Below are positions 51,460 through 64,000 of a stretch of DNA of 64,000 nt, piece after piece (positions within the stretch are counted from its first letter, which is position 1; the number at the start of each line of letters is the position of its first letter). Source of the stretch: Cenococcum geophilum (lineage: Eukaryota); contig CP158635.1 of the NCBI GenBank assembly GCA_050273025.1, positions 25,420,001-25,484,000 on the forward strand. Direction: 5' to 3'. Position numbers and translations under genes: made by a program. The notes under the pieces are model-generated. The model was not told the origin of the DNA, did not search any database, and saw only the letters and a list, made by a program, of their open reading frames with translations.

Positions 51460-52030
51460 AGCTACTGTTTTATTTTGCCTAACTAATAAACCTTGCTTTT
51501 TAGTTCTTTAAGAATAGCGGACTAAGTGTCTTTAATAAGCTCTTTATATTCCTTAAGGCATTTTTTAGTAAACGTGATATTACCTATAAACCTATACTAG
51601 TGTTAGCTCTAGTTTATATAAGTACGCCTTTAATATATAACGTAACATCTATTATCTTTATCATAATAGTAGATATATATATTTTTAAAGTATATATAAA
51701 GCCAAAGATATCCTGGCCTATATACTTAAATGTGGCCTAGTTATAAGCACCTAATTAAGCCGCCTAACTGATCTGTTTATTAAGCTCTTTGCAATACTTG
51801 CTATAACTTCCTAAAGGGAGCTCTAGTGCTGTAAATTCGGCATTTGTTGTGGCTAATATTTAGGTAAGCTTTTCCAATGCTGTGTTAAGGGCTTTAAGCA
51901 GTTCTATAAGTTTAGGTATAGGGCTTTAGCTTAGAAGGCCTCTGGCTATAAGGTGTAGCGATCGACTTAACTAAAGAGTAGATGTTACTAGGTCTGCTAG
52001 ATTAGAAGTATTTTTTATTAAACCTATTAT
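51460..52030 (-). pseudogene. HeLo-like/SesA-type 'fungal N-terminal domain of STAND proteins' gene
   Basis: De-RIP: ...ASNLADLATSTLQSSRSLHLMARG...ELLEALNTALEKLTQ...EFTALELPLGSCGKYCKELDEQI...WATFEYMGQDIFGF..TLKIYISTI; intron-like segment (GCTAAC...TAG) then CLEEYKELIKDT. Confidence 0.7.
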
Positions 52031-55000
52031 TTTATCGCTTGTTATATATTAAGATAGGGTATAACTTGCTAGATTTACCGCGTTAAGCTATATATATAAA
52101 GCACGCTCTTATCTTTAGTTATTACATTGTTTAGGCCAGACTGCCGTAAGAATAAGTTATACTAGATATAGAGATGGCAAGCATAAGAGCCACGAGAATA
52201 GCTGGTGGGGTTAAGTAGGGTTATAGTATAGATTTATACCTGTTAGGAGCGAATAGGAATGTATATATATAGCGTAAACAACATTTTATAGGCTAGATAA
52301 TTGAAAGATAGAGCCATCCTAAGAATGCTATGGCCGCAGTATGAATAAACCTTCTATATACTACTAAGTTGCGATAATAAATTAAGCAGCCCTAGGAAGC
52401 GATGCCGAAATATAAAGTAGTAGAAGAGTTTATAAAGACGTAGGTTATATAATTATGTTTTTTTAGGTATAGCTACAGCGAAAACTTATTTAGTAGATAT
52501 GAAGTAAAAAATATATTATAACTACCTATGTGCTACACGAATAATTAAGAGCCCCTTTTATAGCCTATTTTAAGTTAGCCTAATTGGAAAGCCTACCGGG
52601 CGCTGCTCTATTATGGCTTAAGGCCGGTATATACTAAGGGTCTTACTACTCTTCGTTATAAAAGGGTTAAAAGGTTACGAATTATGCCGGCTTGAAACCT
52701 AAATTAGTACTCTTTACTAGCGTAATACCTTACTAACGGTGAGGCGTAAGCCTAGGTATGTAATTGCTATTACCTAAGTAATCTAGTTAGCTATTCCCTT
52801 GATTTTAGTCGTAAAGTGCCTTTTATTATTCTTCGAAAAGATTAGAGGACGTCAGTATTATAAAGCGACACTATTCTTCTAACTTAGATAAATCGCTAGA
52901 TAAACCAGGCGTGTTTAAATAAGAGGATCCTTGCGTAAAACTATTATATAGTAGAGCATTATATAACTAGGCGCCCCTTATAGCTAGGCGTTCCCCTTTA
53001 TTAATGGTTCTCTTAATCCACTTATATAGTATATTAAAACCATTATCCCGCGTTATTTAAGTAGTATGTCTTAGCTTAATTGGCTGTAATCTAGATTAAC
53101 GCTTTAAGGCGCTTTGAGAATGATAAGGAAAGGAAGGTTATAAGCTATAATACTACGTTTTAACGACTTTAGCATATATACTGTCCTAGCTTAGAAGGCT
53201 ATACTAACCTATTAAGTTTAGCGGGCTATGATAAATAATAGGTAGATTAGCGATTAACCCTGTAATTTTAGATTGCGTTATATAGTGTATTATAATCTAA
53301 TTAATATTATTAATTCGTTTTAACCCGGAATAAGTTATTTGCCCTCTTATTTATTTTATAAATATAGAGGAGGAAACCGGCTCTAAGCTATACGCTATAT
53401 AGCTGCTTTTAGCGGCTAGGACGGACTTTAATTTAATTAGTTAATTATAGCCGCCTAAATGGAGTAAAAATTTATAGGTTTATTCTTCCTTGTATACTAA
53501 CTACTACCTTTAATTAAATATATAAAATGACTTCTAACTTATCTTAAGATAATAGAGTCTTTAACCCCTTATAGGAGCCTTATAATCTTAAGGTAGTAAA
53601 GGAATATCCCCTATGAGGATTATGGACGCTATATTAGCTTGCTTCGCCAATAAGCTTTATATATAATTGTTGCGACCGCGTTAAGAAGGCAAAGCTCGTA
53701 GCGACACGCGATAAAAATTGGGATGCTCTTTACTATAATGCGTGTTATGGTTTGCTTCTCTTAAAACATTAATAAGGTCCGTAATACTTAAGCCTACTAG
53801 GCTCCTAAGACGTTTTAAGTATTTATAAGTCGCAGCTATTAAATCGGTCCTCTTACGATTACCCTTAAACTTAAAAAGCTACACCTTATCTTATATTCGC
53901 CGCTACTAAAGTTAAACGTTGGTTGGCCCCCTAACCGACTAGTAGGAATAGTTTTATTAGGAAGGCAAAGTTCTTAGCTATTTAGCGAAAATAGTTTGAC
54001 TATATATTCCCTAAAATGCTTTAGCTGGACTACGGTAGGATGTATATAGGTTAATAATAAATCTAGGTTTTAGATTGGCTAATTACTACAGAAAATTTTC
54101 TAAGTATGCTTTAGAAGTGTAACTCTTTGCCGCTGCCTTATATTGAAGATCTTGCGGCTAAGGATTCAATACTTAGGCTGTTATATATATTCTTACAGTA
54201 TATGCTGGAAAAATTATATTAGCAGTATTTGTTATTTAAGTATTTGCTAAAGGTAATAAGGCTAGACTTATTACTTTATAAGTTAGTATATAATCTAGGG
54301 GATTATATAATCTAAACTACCCTAAAAGTGCTTTACCGCCACTATGCTATACTTAAGAGTGTTAGTTTCTATGCTAACCAGTTACCTATTTACTCTATAT
54401 TCTCTATCTCTTAACCTTAAAGATTTCCTCCTTAATAACCCTATGGCTAGAGCGGGTTGGCCGCCCTCCCTACTAGCGTAATTAAGGTATTTATTTAACT
54501 TCTCTTAAGATATAAGTATATTAAGTTTGGTCGCTTATATAATCGTCTTTTACTAAAGTTTGCTTTTATACACCTGCCTTACCGCGCTATACTTTAGGAT
54601 ATGCAATTAGCCTTATATATATAGCGAATATCTAGATATAAGTAGTGGCGATTGCCTCTAGACACTTAATACTAGTAAGGTACTTTTAATATATTATTTA
54701 ACACTAGTAGCTTATATCTGTATACCGAAATTTAGCACTATTGTTATTAGTATATCCTTAGTTTTAAGTATAATAGAAGCTCTAATAGAACCTTAAAATC
54801 CTTAATATTAATATAGGGCTTTAAGTCCTAATAGAGCTTCTATAATATAATTTAGAGAACCTAGTATAGCTACCCTTAGAACATCGGCTATTATGCTTAG
54901 CTATATTAGGGAAGATAGTTGGTATTATAGTTGGATCTAGAAAGGTATTAGTGTATATAACTTTACGCTTAACGATTCTAAGTACCTTAGGGGCATCTAT

Positions 55001-55129
55001 ACAGAGGGAATTAATGGAAATTTTATATTTCTATTATTCTAAGACTAATGCTACAAGCGAAAGTATATAGAGATCTATTATTGGCGGCGAGTGGCGGGCT
55101 ATTGCTAACCCTAACTATCCTTTTTCTTT

Positions 55130-57170
55130 TTCTTCCCCTCCTTCTCCTTCTTCTCCTTCTCCTTTCTTTCCTTCCCGTCTTTCTCCTCTTTATTACTCCG
55201 TTAATCCCCGGCCTCTAAGTGTAGCTTTAGTTGGTCTATTATTTGCTATACCCTTAAGGAGGCTATACTAATGGCAACTTAAGCCTTAATATAGACACTT
55301 TCCTTAAACTACTGCTATAATTTATCTATTTGCGAATGAGATTTATAATCCTTAGCAGAGTCTTTCTAGTCTAGGAGGGTAATAAGTTAGTAGAAATAAG
55401 CCATTTCTTAATAAAAGCTGGAGAGATCTTAAATAGATCTTCTAGATAGCCCGCTATATACCGTTATGGTATTAAGTAGAATTTGGCGTTTTAACGGATA
55501 ATTTTCTGAGAAGTCTTTAGCCACTAAACTTGAAAAGATATAATCTATAACTAAGAGAGCGACTAAAGATTTAGATGCCCTTTAATTGTCTTATCCCTCT
55601 AGTTTAGTATTTAAATATCTTGGAGAGTCTAGGTCTAGAGCTTTTAAGACCTTAAAGAGTATGTTAAGATAACCCATTAATGGTATTTCGGAAGTGTTTT
55701 TGGAAATGTGGTTCTGTATAAAAGCTCCGAGCTTATACTAATTTAAGAACTTTTAATCCGCAGATAATATGCGGGATTTGCTAGCGGCTTGTAGTTATTA
55801 TAAGAATAGTTTGCCTATAAGTATAAGGCTATTAATGCCGTTAAGAATTCTAAGCTTATCTTGGGATATATATTTATGAATTGGCTTATAACCGAGGTCG
55901 TAGTTAACCTTAGACTATGCGTATATTAATAAAGACGCGACTTAAATTTCGATAAGCTATCCCGTATAGCGCTGCTCTATAGATAGGTGCTCCTTTAGGT
56001 GCTCCTAGTAGTCGGCGACGTAGCCATTAAACCGCTAGATAAATCTATTAAGAGTTACTTTCTCTCCCTCTATTTATTTCTTATTCTTTATAATAAACGC
56101 CTCCCTAATAATCTCTTTAACTTTGATATAGTTATCTAGAAAATATTAGTAGTAATAAGCAGCTTAAAGTCCTTAGGTAGTTATTGTTTAGATAAGCTAT
56201 AGGTAATTTAATTAATACATTACCTATTTGGCGGCGCTTTTTACTAGATATTGTGAAGGCGTATAGAGTAGATATACTTATTAATTATAGAACTGCTTTT
56301 ATGGATTAATTTAACGGTATTTTTAAGATAATAGCTTTTATAGGGGCGTAGATCAATTTCATTAAAAAGGGTAACTGCTCTATATATAAAATAAGTTAAA
56401 TCGCCTAAGAAACCTTATAAAAGTCCCTTAGATCTTACCTTAGTAACCTTAAATTATAGAATTAATTAGCGGATATATGTATATCCGTAAGTAGATATTG
56501 CTAACCTTTTTTATTAGAAATAATTATATTTACGTTTCCTAGCGCTCCCTAAGAAAGTCCTCCGGGTCCTTATCCGGAGTAGTGAAGTTACTAACTTATA
56601 CTCCTTATCGTTCTTACTTATAAGCTACGCTCCGTACTATATAGGAGACTTTATTTCCTATTCCTATAACTAATATAACTAAAGTATAATTAGAAACTAA
56701 TGTAAATAGTTAGTAGGTAGTTAATAAACTAGAGTTAAACTTTTATTGGGATTTACTTACCTAATATAGCCCTTTATAGAGTGGTATTGTATTTAATCTA
56801 GTATAACTTCTCTTCTTAATAATATAACGCGATCTTTACTAAGAGCAAACCTTATAGGCTCTTTATACTTTGTCCCCTTCTCTTCCTCTTCTTTGGGTTC
56901 CCCTAGGGATATTATCCAATATTAGGAATCTCTAACTCCCCTCGCTTTAAATACCTTATAATCCGCCGAATAATAATCTAACTTAAAACTATAGTCGTAA
57001 TACTTATTAAGCATATTATAGGTTAAAAATCCTAATAAGTCTTCTAATGTCCTACCTAACTTTAATAGGAACATACCTTGACGCTTAAAGGTAGTCCTTA
57101 GGAATAGATAATAAGCCCAGTTCCACGTAATTAAACTTATTATGGTAGTGCTATAAAAGTTTATAATAAT
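55130..57170 (-). pseudogene. Unidentified intron-containing gene
   Basis: Protein-like frame (GEKVTLNRFI*RFNGYVADY*EHLKEHLSIEQRYTG*LIEI*VASLL...), purine-rich (K/E) 3' end, apparent GTATGT donor near 57075. Confidence 0.4.
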
Positions 57171-58174
57171 CTAAATAATAGGATCGCGATTAACCGCGAT
57201 AAGGTTTATAACTGACTTATTTTAAGAACGCGTTCTAACAAACCGTCGCAACTAAAATATTAATTAGTTTTAAGTATGTTATAAGCAATAGGAAACCCAA
57301 CTACTTCTTAGTTACTTTATTTAAAGTAATAACCCTCCTTATTAACTAAATAACGGCTTAGTTTTGTTACTGACTTCCCCTTTAGAATAAAGATATCTAT
57401 AGAAGATAATGTCTATACCTACCTCGCAAAAAACTATAAAGGTAAGGCTCTAGCGACGATAGCGCTGTTATCCCTTATAGCAGTTCTAAAACCTTAGGAA
57501 TTGGTAATAAACCGTCCTAGACTAGAATTGACGGATTAAACCAACTTAGCTACGTTATAAAACTGTTTATAAGTACGACGTATAGTAAATATAGAAAAAC
57601 TATTAAGATACTTAATAATTCTTAAAAGAAGCTTAACTGAAAGTTAAAGTAAGAAGTATTTAGCTATTACTTCTAGACGTAATAACCGTAGTTAAATAGA
57701 AAAAACCACTTTATATGTAATTCCAGTGGTTTTGTATAAATGTAGTTAGTCCGCTTATGGACTAATTAAAAATCTACACTAATGGAATTTACCTTAGAAG
57801 CTTAGACTAAGAAATTAATTGCGGATATTAGAATATCCGCACCGTCCGCTAAGCTGATTTAGGATGGTAATCGTTTTCTTAGTCTAAGGGACTTTGGCGA
57901 GATTTGTAGAAAACCTAAACACTGTTTATATAAGAAGACCTTATTAACTTTAATAAAATTAATCTACCCTCCTATAATATTTATTAATATAAAATTATAC
58001 TAAATTATAGAGAAAAGCCTACTCTATAAAGCTATAAGATCCTCAGCTCCTTATACCCACGCGATAGTAAGAGGAAGTCGTTACCGTAGAGGTCCTAATT
58101 CTACCTTTGCACCGCTAAGCCGCGCAGTAAACACTAACGCTAAATGCTTACGCCTATGCCGGCAGCCCTTTGTG

Positions 58175-58940
58175 TAGAGCTATAGAGCTTTATAAGAGCT
58201 CTTTAGAATGAAGCTTAGGGGGAGACCTGTATAAAGCTCTGCATGGAGCTCTATTGAAGCTCTGTAAAAGCTCTATATAAAGCTCTGTATGAAGCTCCGC
58301 TTAAAGCTCTGTATAAAGCTCTACTTAAAGCCCTATTGTTAATTCCTATTACTAAATACTAACTAAGTGGCGTTGTCGACAGTAGCAATTATAAGTCGTA
58401 GTCGTTAGCTCTATTGTTAGTATTGTTATTAGCGTTTCGCCACCTACCTTATATATATATAGTCTCTTTTCTTTACCTATATAGAGCTCTAAAGCTCTAT
58501 TAATACGCAGCACTAATATACTAGGAAGGTTCTACAATCGCCTGTATAAACGCCCGTATAAACGCCTATATAATTAATTAATTAATTGCCTATATAATTG
58601 TCTCTACAAACGTCTTTGTAATTAATCGCCCGTATAAACGTCTATATGTCTACATATTTACACGTCTATATGCCTGTATATAGCCCTATATAAAGCTTTG
58701 TATAAAGCTCTATATAAAGCTCTATATAAAGCTCTATACAAAGCTCTGTATAAAGCTCTATATAAAGCTCTGTATAAAGCTTTATATAAAGCTCTACACG
58801 AAGCTTTACATAAAGCTCTATATAAAGATTTATATTAAGCTCTGTATAAAGCTCCGCATAAAGCTCTATAAAAGCTCTACTTAAAGCTCTATATAAAGCT
58901 CTACTAAGGCTCTATATAAGGCTCTGCCTAAAGCTTATCC
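58175..58940. repeat. 13-bp AAAGCTCT(G/A)TATA minisatellite in two blocks
   Basis: Blocks 58175-58335 and 58680-58940; related AAACGCC(C/T)GTAT units between; same GAGCTC/AAGCTC core as 43585-44490. Confidence 0.88.
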
Positions 58941-59141
58941 CCTAGTAGTAGCTCTGGGCTAAGGGAGGATATTTTTAAGGAAGGGCCTAACTATAGCACC
59001 TGCTAGGTATTATAATAGCTTTAAGAAGTAGATATCTATATATCTATATAGTTTTATCTATATTAGTAGACTATTTAATAAGATATAATATGTGCTTAGG
59101 CTTTTAATAACGCGTTTTTTAACTTTAACGAAATTAATATC

Positions 59142-59413
59142 TATATAATTATAGCACCTGTTATACTAACCGCGTGCTTACGCGTTTAGTATACTAACTA
59201 CGTGTTTACGCGTTTAGTGTACTAACCACCCGCTTATGCATCTAGTGCACTCCTAAGGCACTGACTAATTAAGGGGAGGTTGTATTAGTATATAGACTAC
59301 GTAGTCTGCTTTAATATAAGAGACAGTTACTATTATCCTAAAGAGTATACAATACTATACGTATTTCGTGCCCTGGGATATAACTCACTTATACTATTAA
59401 GTTAGTACAAACA
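59142..59413 (+). mobile_element. Solo LTR (272 bp) related to the Copia at 35716-42100
   Basis: Reverse complement of that LTR (TATATAATTATAGCACCTG...GTTAGTACAAACA); TSD ATATC (59137-59141)/ATATT (59414-59418), one CpA>TpA change. Confidence 0.9.
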
Positions 59414-59899
59414 ATATTAGAACTGAGTAATAGCCGTATAATAAAATTTATACTATTTAGAAGCCTTAAGTCTTAAAAAAAAGTAACTACGGGGTTTAAT
59501 AATAACGCGTTATGTGAATAAATAAATTAGATATTCGCAATCTCCATTTTGCGAATTTTGCTTATGCTTTTAACAAAACTCGCTAAACCCTCTTACGTGA
59601 TTTTGCAATTTGGAAGACGGCGTAGGTTATTCTAATACTAGCTAAAAAATCGCGTCTAAGCTTGCTGAGGTAATAACGGAATCGCGTCTAAGCTTACTAA
59701 GGTAACCTTAGACTATAGAATTAACTTTTTAATAAAAGAGGTTAGTGATATCTACTTGCAGATTAGCGTATGCGTTAATTCGTGTAATCCTTAGTATGAT
59801 TTTCCCTGTTTTCCCACGCTAAAAATACGGATATTCTAACACCTGCGATTATTTAACTTTATTACTAAGTGAGGCTACTTTTTATATAGTAAAATCTAG

Positions 59900-60860
59900 C
59901 ACCTATGTAAGCACTTAGCCTTCTAAGAAGAGGAAAGGAGGCTCCTTAAAATCTACTTTAAATACTCTATCTAATGTAAAGCCTACTATAAAGCGTACTA
60001 TAAAGCCTACTGCGAAGCATTCTATAAAGCCTACTACGAAGCGTTCTATAAAGCCTGCCGCGAAAGCTGCCGCGATACCTACCCTAAAGCCTCCCCTAAA
60101 GCCTGCTATAAAAAAGCCGACCTAAGTTCCTTCTATATAAAGATAAGTTTAATTTAAGGACAGAGGTAGTGCGAGCACTGGGGGGCTAGGGGGCCTTAAT
60201 ATAGAGGAGGAGGAGGAGGTAGTAGTGGAAGAGTATAAGGAGACTGAGGAATTGGAAGAGTAGTAGCTGGAGGAGGTTATAGAGGTAGAGAATAGCGATC
60301 TGTTGCCTAAGCTGCCTGCTATTTAGTCCTCTTAGTTAAATAAGGCGCTTATAAAGGCGCTTATAAAGGCGCTTATAAAGGCGCGGCTTAAGAAAAAGCG
60401 TTAGCTTCTTGCTCTTTAAGATCCTACTACCTTTAATTTAGAAGAGGAAACCGCTAAGCTAACTTATACTACTCTTAGCTTTGTATAAACCATTATATAG
60501 ATCTTTGTAAACACTAAGCTGGAGCTTTAGTCTTATAGATATTGAAACTGCTTTAAGTACGGAGGTAGACGAGCTAGTAGAGGATGAGGATTATAAGGTT
60601 TATTAACGCATTGTTTCTATTAAGCCGTTAGTAGCTTAGTAATATTAGATACGTTTATAGTGAGTTATAAGGTGGTACCTAATAGTGACCTTAATAGCTA
60701 ATAATATGCTTCTATGTAAAATCTTAAGCGAATTACTTTCTACTTACCTTTATTGTCGTTTGATAGGCCTATTTTCGTGTTTAGCTTTTTAATTAAAGAT
60801 TTATACTTACGAATAAGAGGTAGCGGCCCGTATTATAGGCGTGAGTGATATAGAAATTCG
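59900..60860 (+). pseudogene. Unidentified gene with K/P/A/T-rich repeats and acidic tract, convergent with the captain
   Basis: PSKKRKGG..., 12/24-bp KPTAKRS-type repeats (59975-60120), Glu-rich tract (60204-60295), 12-bp repeat GGCGCTTATAAA (60340-60385). Confidence 0.45.
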
Positions 60861-61473
60861 TTAGATTGCCTTTTATGCATTTATGCATCGTGCCTTTATA
60901 AGAGCAGTAGTTAAAAGGTGGTACTTATGTAACAAGATTTAGTAGTAGTATAGTTATATTGGCACTATAATGCAAACCTTATTATTGTTTAGTTGTTAAG
61001 TACTACGGAGTATAGTAAGTAAAGAACGTAAGAATCCGACTTAGTGATAAAGAAGGAGATAGAAGAACTAAATTGGTTACTATTATATTACCGAGTATTA
61101 TAGAGGGCAAGGAATGAGATAGAGTATCTAATTTGGCATTAAATAGAACTATTGTCTACTTATCTCTAACTAAGCTTTTAAGGTTTATTTAATCCCTAGG
61201 ACGTTGAAGTGCGGTATACCTTAAGATAACGTAGGCGTGTACTTACCTTTTGCATTTGTGGATGCGACTTTCTCGCTTATTAAGATATATAAAGCATTAG
61301 GCTTTTCTTGTATATCTTAGTAATTTTAATTGTCTTGTCTATACACCTTTTAATATCCTATTATATTAATCGGCTCTGTGGAATTGATGAAGTAGACTAT
61401 TTCTTCTTTTATTAAGCTTAATTATTTAGAGTCTAAAGATTTGAGATAAGTTTGGAGGTAGGGTTGATGGGCA

Positions 61474-64000
61474 TTAATAAGATACTCTATATGCATTATG
61501 CGCATACCTTTTAAAATACCTTTAGCTATTAAGTTCTGTAGAATATTTAGGATGTTTATATTTAAATTTTTTCTAATACTTAGGTAGTTAAAAGTGGGTA
61601 TCTATATGCTTATTAAGGACGTCTTTTTACAGTATTTTGCGTATCCGTTTTTTATATATAAATTCCTCGTTGCTAATATAAATGAGGTATACTGGGTGTG
61701 GGAGTACTATAGGATATTGACGTGGATACTAAGTGGTCTTAACTTTATTAGCTTTTAATATGCCTAGTTTTTGCTTTATAGTCTTGCTACCTTAACTAGG
61801 GATGCTGTTAAAGGTTATATAACCGAGAGTTAGGCTATCTAAGATATTCCTTCGCTTATTTATAAAAGATAAATTGTTACTATTAAAGATGACGAAGTTT
61901 GTCTTCTTTTATTTTAAGGCTCTATGTTAAGCGGTTTCTTATTAATAATATAGCTAAGCTAGGGTATAAATGAACCTAATATAATTGTTGTTATTTTCTA
62001 AGGGCTTAAAGAGTATACTGGTAATAGTGGCCCGCTCTTAAATTTTAAATTTAACTCTTAGCAGTATTAATACTTTAGTTGGCGCCTTCCTACTAAGCTG
62101 CCTAGCTATTTTAATTGTGTTAATCGATTTATGAAAGTCGCGAATAGCCTTATTTAATTATTCTCTGCGTAATCTTTAATATATTATGCCAATCTTCCGC
62201 TTAGTATCTTTATATTGCTGGTATAAGTTGGTTCCTTTAGCCTTAGTAATGGGGTAGAAGCCTACGCTATTAATTTAGTCCTTATATTCTCCTTATTTAC
62301 TATAAAGCGCTCTAAGCTTAGGGTGGTTTTGGAGCTCTTCCAGCTAATCGTTATTAAGCTCTATAGGTGTGTGTTAATCTTATAATAGACCTATTCTTGC
62401 GACGGATTTAATAAGGAGATCTTGTAAAGGACTTCTAAAATATATGCTCTAGTAATTACGCGTAATATGCGTTAGTATATAGTACTTTTTATATGTGTTA
62501 CTAAGATGGCCTATAGTCTAGTTCCGTTCTTTAGGAGTAAGAGCGTCTATGGATTTTATAATATTAGTATAGAATAAAGGAAGCCGAGAACTGATAATAG
62601 AGCTGACCTACTATTAATGTTTTTACCTAAAGCCCGTCGCAGCTGGTATAACTTTAGTGCTATTTTAAAACTAGTAATAAGCCCTAAGCGTATAAATATG
62701 TTATAGTATTTTGCGTATAAAAAGGCTTTGTCTTTTAGAATATTGATACCCCCTATTATATATCTAACGTCGCAGAAGAATAGCTAATCTAGTACTTTAT
62801 CCTTCTATCTAATGCGTAGTATATCGCGGTACGCTAGTGCCTTAAGTTTAAAGATATCTTTAATACTTATAAAGTTATCTCTAAATACCTCCTAACTAAT
62901 ACTAATGGCTAGGATATGTAAAATAATATAGAACGCTGGAAGTCCTTCTAGATGGAAAGTAAACTTCTTTCTATAATATTTAAAGCGTTAGTAAAATAAA
63001 TTGTAACCTAGATCTATTACTTAGCTTATGGTCTACTGTCTTTTTCCTTGTTTTTAATATGTTCTAGGTTTATATTTTCCATAATTATACTCTATTTAGG
63101 GTGTTTTTTGTTATAAATAACTATAATATTAATATCTTTAAACTATAGTGCTTTATTGCTGCCTTTAGCACTGGCGCTTTTAACAAAAGCTCCTGGTCTT
63201 ATAGCTGTAGCTACGCTAAGTAGGAGAAGAAGCGAAATTTAGACTTAAATAGAGTTATAGAGGGGCTTAGTATCGTCTACCTAAAGAGCGTAGAGGATAG
63301 CGTAAAGGTCCTGGACGTATATAGCGTACTTTTCCTTTTCTAATTTATTAAGCCTAAGGCTAGGTATCTATTACTATAGTTATTAGTAAACAAGTTTATA
63401 AAGAATAATTTTAGAGAATATATATTATAAATATTATCTAGAATATTACAGTCCATTCTATAGTTTATTAGATCCCTATAGTAGAGGCTAATTTATTTCT
63501 AGTAGCATTGTATTAAGCTCTTCTTCTTAATTTAGAAATGTTTTTTACGCTATATTAGATACGCTTTAAATACCTCCGGGTTATATTTACGTAGGTAGTC
63601 TTCTGGAGATTTTTTAGTCCTTTTTTTAATCTTTTTATAGTACCTATTTTAAGCTATTAGAAGAGAGTTTGACGTAAGGTATATATAGAAGATATATCTT
63701 ACGTCTCCTAGATTTTTCCTTCCCTCTTCTATAGCTTCTTTGTTTATAGGGTATAATTTAGTTTTGCTAGCCCTTCCTTCCTTAATTAAGTAATATCCTT
63801 TAGTATCTCTTTAACTTTAGAATCTAAATCTATGTTTAATTTCTCGTCTAATTCTAGGTCTAAACTGAGATTAGGGTCTATATAACTGTCTAGTTTAATA
63901 TCCGTATCTAGCTTAGTGTCTGGGTTGGAGTATAAATTAAAGTTTAAATTAGAATATAAATTGGAGTTAGAGTTTAAGTCTAAACCTAACTCTAGGATTG
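61474..64000 (-). pseudogene. DUF3435 tyrosine recombinase (Starship captain), spliced, RIP-inactivated, 5' end outside window
   Basis: De-RIP: acidic S/D N-terminus; QDLYAILHALWVDD; LLLLSAATATRPGAFVES (catalytic R at 63197-63199); ELYQLRRASG (~62630-62655); ERNQTMGH...TYEKYY (~62480-62530); RDYQSIYFG; C-terminal C..C...H...H and CKHPKC...FKRHA..H zinc fingers; stop 61474-61476; four apparent introns (e.g. 63644-63702). Confidence 0.92.

Noticed and set aside
52960..53030. Harbinger transposase-like FIDG motif (GAP...FPFINGS)
   Set aside because: A single short match with no other DDE motifs recognised.
1..64000. tRNA, 5S rRNA or an alternative genetic code explaining the TAA/TAG stops
   Set aside because: No RNA gene motif was seen by eye; LTR comparisons show directional C>T/G>A changes, so the stops are RIP products.

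Overview
This is repeat-rich DNA from a filamentous ascomycete, heavily mutated by RIP (TpA excess, CpA/TpG depletion; nearly all in-frame stops are TAA/TAG replacing Gln/Trp/Arg). I see no intact gene, and the ORF-track entries are fragments or antisense shadows. Proteins were recognised by hand translation with mental reversal of RIP changes, so ORF ends are approximate; LTR and TSD coordinates were read base by base. Contents: (1) a spliced DUF3435 tyrosine recombinase (Starship captain) on the minus strand at the right edge, so its cargo would extend leftwards into the window; (2) cargo-like pseudogenes: HeLo-like/SesA N-terminal domain, an F-box-like/nucleotidyltransferase-motif protein, FunK1 kinase, a TPR fragment and several unknown ORFs; (3) three paralogous SNF2-type helicase pseudogenes, two sharing a His/Cys insertion and two coupled to the same 81-bp tandem array, which is the best candidate for an undescribed mobile module; (4) nested LTR retrotransposons: a full chromoviral Gypsy with ~2.2 kb of extra 3' sequence, a full Copia, an internally deleted Copia and two solo LTRs (all with 5-bp TSDs), plus two truncated Gypsy pieces; (5) several foldback/minisatellite arrays built on palindromic cores.
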